Source: Candidatus Pollutiaquabacter sp. (GTDB taxonomy: Bacteria > Bacteroidota > Bacteroidia > AKYH767-A > 2013-40CM-41-45). From it: a stretch of DNA of 37,105 nt. The stretch spans positions 1 to 37,105 of the forward strand of contig CAINVI010000005.1 of assembly GCA_903854075.1 (NCBI GenBank). The letters are read 5' to 3'. The notes under the pieces are model-generated. The model was not told where the DNA came from. It did not search any database and worked only from the letters and a program-made list of their open reading frames with translations. Numbering within the stretch: the stretch's first letter is position 1; each line of letters begins with the position of its first letter. Positions 34,799-37,105 of the stretch are shown here, piece by piece. A program made the translations under genes and the position numbers.

Positions 34799-35590
34799 AT
34801 GGCTATCCAGCATCCCGTCCGCGCCAAGAAACATCTTGGACAGCATTTTCTGAATGATCTTGATGCTGCGCAATCCATTGTCGATGCACTTTCTGGTCAT
34901 GATGGTTACCGCGATGTGCTGGAAATAGGTCCTGGTACGGGAGTGTTGAGTGATTTACTTTTTCATCGGACAGAATTTAGCACGGTATTGCTGGATATCG
35001 ATAAGGAGTCGATAGAGCACTTGCATAAAAAATATCCTGGCAGAGCGGGTCAGATTGTCGAAGCGGATTTTTTAAAGGTAAACCTGAATGATATGTTCTC
35101 CGGGCAATTCGCGATAATTGGGAACTTTCCGTATAACATTTCCTCTCAAATTTTATTTCGCGTACTGGAAATGCGGGAACGAATTCCGGAGGTGGTAGGG
35201 ATGTTTCAAAAGGAAGTTGCTGAGCGAATCGCTAGTGGGCCCGGCAACCGCGATTATGGAATCCTAAGTGTATTCATGCAAGCGTATTACCGTACCGAGC
35301 TGTTATTCACGTTGCCCGAATCAGCGTTTACGCCACCCCCTAAAGTCAAATCGGCGGTGCTTCGTTTCGAGCGAAAAGAGAATTTTACCCTAGGGTGCGA
35401 TCAGGCAGCATTTTTTCGCACGGTAAAAGCGGCGTTCAACCAGCGGCGTAAGACGCTGCGCAATGCATTGTCTGTTCTACTTCCGAAAGATAAAATGGAA
35501 GGGTTGCCTTTTCTCGAACGACGTGCAGAGACGTTGCGCTGGGAAGATTATGTAATGTTGACTAATCTCATCCTCGACCGGATGGTATAA
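34799..35590 (+). CDS. rsmA: 16S rRNA (adenine1518/1519-N6)-dimethyltransferase
   Basis: KKHLGQHFLND, the SAM-binding LEIGPGTGVLS, and IIGNFPYNISSQILF are typical of KsgA/RsmA. Confidence 0.92.
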   Translation: MAIQHPVRAKKHLGQHFLNDLDAAQSIVDALSGHDGYRDVLEIGPGTGVLSDLLFHRTEFSTVLLDIDKESIEHLHKKYPGRAGQIVEADFLKVNLNDMFSGQFAIIGNFPYNISSQILFRVLEMRERIPEVVGMFQKEVAERIASGPGNRDYGILSVFMQAYYRTELLFTLPESAFTPPPKVKSAVLRFERKENFTLGCDQAAFFRTVKAAFNQRRKTLRNALSVLLPKDKMEGLPFLERRAETLRWEDYVMLTNLILDRMV

Positions 35591-35600
35591 CTAATAAACG

Positions 35601-36554
35601 ATGCGTGTTTATTTTATAGATACGGTTCATCCTTTCTTATGGGATGCGCTTGTTGCCGACGGACATGAGTGCGTGGATGTTACCGGGATTTCGAAAGAAA
35701 GCATCATGGGGCAGCTTGTCGGGGTTCATGGTATTGTCATTCGTAGTCGTTTTTTTATTGATCGTGAATTTTTGGACCACGCAGTTGATCTGCAGTTTAT
35801 CGCCCGCTCCGGAGCCGGTATGGAGAACATCGATGTGAGCTATGCGGAATCTAAAGGCATTCATTGCATGAATTCACCGGAAGGAAACCGTGATGCTGTG
35901 GCTGAACACGCTTTGGGAATGTTGTTGGCCGTATTCAATAATCTGATACGCGCTGACCGAGAGGTGCGAAATGGTTTTTGGAATCGCGAACCGAACAGAG
36001 GAATAGAGTTGTGTGGAAAAACTGTGGGTATAATCGGCTACGGAAATATGGGGTCTGCCTTTGCAAAACGGTTATCCGGTTTGGACTGTGAAGTCATTGC
36101 GTATGATCCTTATCGCGCTGTTTTTTCCGATTCCTTGGCCCAGAAAGTTTCACTGCAGGAACTGCAGCAGCGTGCTGACGTTGTCAGTCTACACATTCCG
36201 CTTACACAGGAAACGGAATACATGGTCGACTCGGCTTTTCTGGAAAATTTTAGCAAAGCAATATGGTTAATCAATACGTCAAGAGGTAAATGTCTTCGAA
36301 TGACTGGTTTGGTGGCAGCGCTAAAGTCTGGTAAAGTTTTAGGTGCTTGTCTTGACGTGCTGGAGTACGAAGACCTTTCCTTTGAGAAGTTTGATATCCG
36401 TCAGGCGGCTTTTTTATCCGGCGAAGATTGGAGATATCTTGTCCAAAGTGATCGCGTGATTTTCTCGCCACATATTGCCGGCTGGACGGTGGAATCACAC
36501 CGGAAGTTGTCGGAAGTACTCTATGAGAAAATTTCCTCCGTAACGCATAAATAA
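35601..36554 (+). CDS. D-isomer-specific 2-hydroxyacid dehydrogenase family, NAD-binding (phosphoglycerate dehydrogenase-like)
   Basis: Rossmann motif GKTVGIIGYGNMGSAFAKRL, the catalytic region LINTSRGK...LDVLEYE, and HIAGWT containing the conserved His. Confidence 0.85.
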   Translation: MRVYFIDTVHPFLWDALVADGHECVDVTGISKESIMGQLVGVHGIVIRSRFFIDREFLDHAVDLQFIARSGAGMENIDVSYAESKGIHCMNSPEGNRDAVAEHALGMLLAVFNNLIRADREVRNGFWNREPNRGIELCGKTVGIIGYGNMGSAFAKRLSGLDCEVIAYDPYRAVFSDSLAQKVSLQELQQRADVVSLHIPLTQETEYMVDSAFLENFSKAIWLINTSRGKCLRMTGLVAALKSGKVLGACLDVLEYEDLSFEKFDIRQAAFLSGEDWRYLVQSDRVIFSPHIAGWTVESHRKLSEVLYEKISSVTHK

Positions 36555-36594
36555 CCTTTAATTTCACGAGTTATTATGAATAAAATGTAGTGCC

Positions 36595-36623
36595 AGAGGA
36601 CCGAAAAGTCGGTTCCTCTTTTG
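36595..36623 (+). terminator. Intrinsic terminator after the dehydrogenase gene
   Basis: AGAGGACCGA-AAAG-TCGGtTCCTCT (10 bp with one bulged T) followed by TTTTG. Confidence 0.6.
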
Positions 36624-36767
36624 TAATTTTGGCCAATGAATCCGAAAAGTTGGAGAATCGAGGTGTTTTTTAAGTTAAAAAGTTGACAATTCGATTCTGT
36701 AGGAGCTATCTTATAGCGTAGTTATAGACCTTGAAGGGTCATTTTAAATTTTAATATAACGTATTGC

Positions 36768-37105
36768 ATGTCTTTTAAAAAATCTCTTCGGTTACTCTTT
36801 GTGGTAATGCTTGCTGTTTTTCTGCAAACCACTGTGGTATTCGCCGTATGTCAGCCGCTTATTATCCAGCAGGATTCTACCACATGTTCGGGTTCTGCTG
36901 TAGGTTTGTCGGTCAATACAACTACTCCGGTATCGGTATCCTGGTCTACTGGTGAAACTACTATATCGATTTCGGTCTCTCCTGTGCAAACCACTACGTA
37001 TTATGTTACTGTGGATGACGGAGTCGAAGTTTGCACTGATAGTATTATCCTCACCGTGGCAGCGACTTACAGCTCATCTAATTCGGCGACTATTTGCCAA
37101 GGACA
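36768..37105 (+). CDS. 5' end of a secreted repeat protein (3' end outside the window)
   Basis: My own translation from ATG 36768 gives MSFKKSLRLLFVVMLAVFLQTTVVFAVCQPLIIQQDSTTCSGSAVGLSVNTTTPVSVSWSTGETTISISVSPVQTTTYYVTVDDGVEVCTDSIILTVAATYSSSNSATICQG. The frame stays open to the window edge. It has a signal peptide and T/S/C-rich units like those that begin large Bacteroidota surface proteins. It is absent from the ORF track because it has no stop codon. Confidence 0.5.
   Translation, partial: MSFKKSLRLLFVVMLAVFLQTTVVFAVCQPLIIQQDSTTCSGSAVGLSVNTTTPVSVSWSTGETTISISVSPVQTTTYYVTVDDGVEVCTDSIILTVAATYSSSNSATICQG

Noticed and set aside
1-37105. Search for tRNA, rRNA, tmRNA, integrase, att sites, a prophage or a genomic island boundary
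   Set aside because: Intergenic gaps are at most about 300 nt, and none contains a cloverleaf-like or rRNA-like sequence that I could recognise. No integrase or phage-like genes are present. I cannot compute GC skew or composition here, so compositional islands remain untested.

Overview
This 37.1-kb chromosomal segment reads as Bacteroidota. The signs are T9SS-type C-terminal sorting domains, TAnnTTTG -7 promoter boxes just upstream of several genes, ORF6N/DUF4286/DUF2461 genes and a split cytochrome oxidase subunit III. I count about 36 credible protein genes, mostly housekeeping. In order they are:
- the tail of a polysaccharide locus (flippase-like fragment, GT4-like glycosyltransferase);
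- a cytochrome c oxidase accessory block (heme O synthase, two subunit III paralogues, subunit IV, SCO copper chaperone, DUF420, a small CxxC membrane protein);
- trhO, then metH preceded by a SAM-I riboswitch plus terminator that the ORF track mis-reads as an 81-aa ORF;
- a hypothetical lipoprotein;
- a solitary IS200-like/RayT-like Y1 transposase with a one-sided cluster of REP-like palindromes;
- a 7x PKD T9SS cargo protein;
- an ECF sigma factor with an overlapping anti-sigma-like/beta-barrel gene;
- a WYL regulator divergent from a TolC plus periplasmic adaptor pair that has no pump gene;
- tsaB and a LuxR-type regulator;
- a small group of secreted and thioredoxin-fold proteins;
- an ORF6N gene bracketed by 48-nt inverted repeats;
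- rplU-rpmA and DUF2461;
- two large TPR-like proteins flanking serS;
- DUF4286, rsmA, a 2-hydroxyacid dehydrogenase and the 5' end of a secreted repeat protein.

I saw no rRNA, tRNA, CRISPR array, integrase, reverse transcriptase or recognisable defence enzyme. I did not find a convincing new multi-gene system. The best leads are the RayT-like gene with its REP-like cluster, the inverted-repeat-bracketed and N-terminally remodelled ORF6N gene, the sigma/anti-sigma-barrel pair, the small CxxC protein coupled to DUF420, and the WYL/TolC intergenic region with its palindrome and long hairpin. All family assignments come from motif recognition by eye; no database search was possible.
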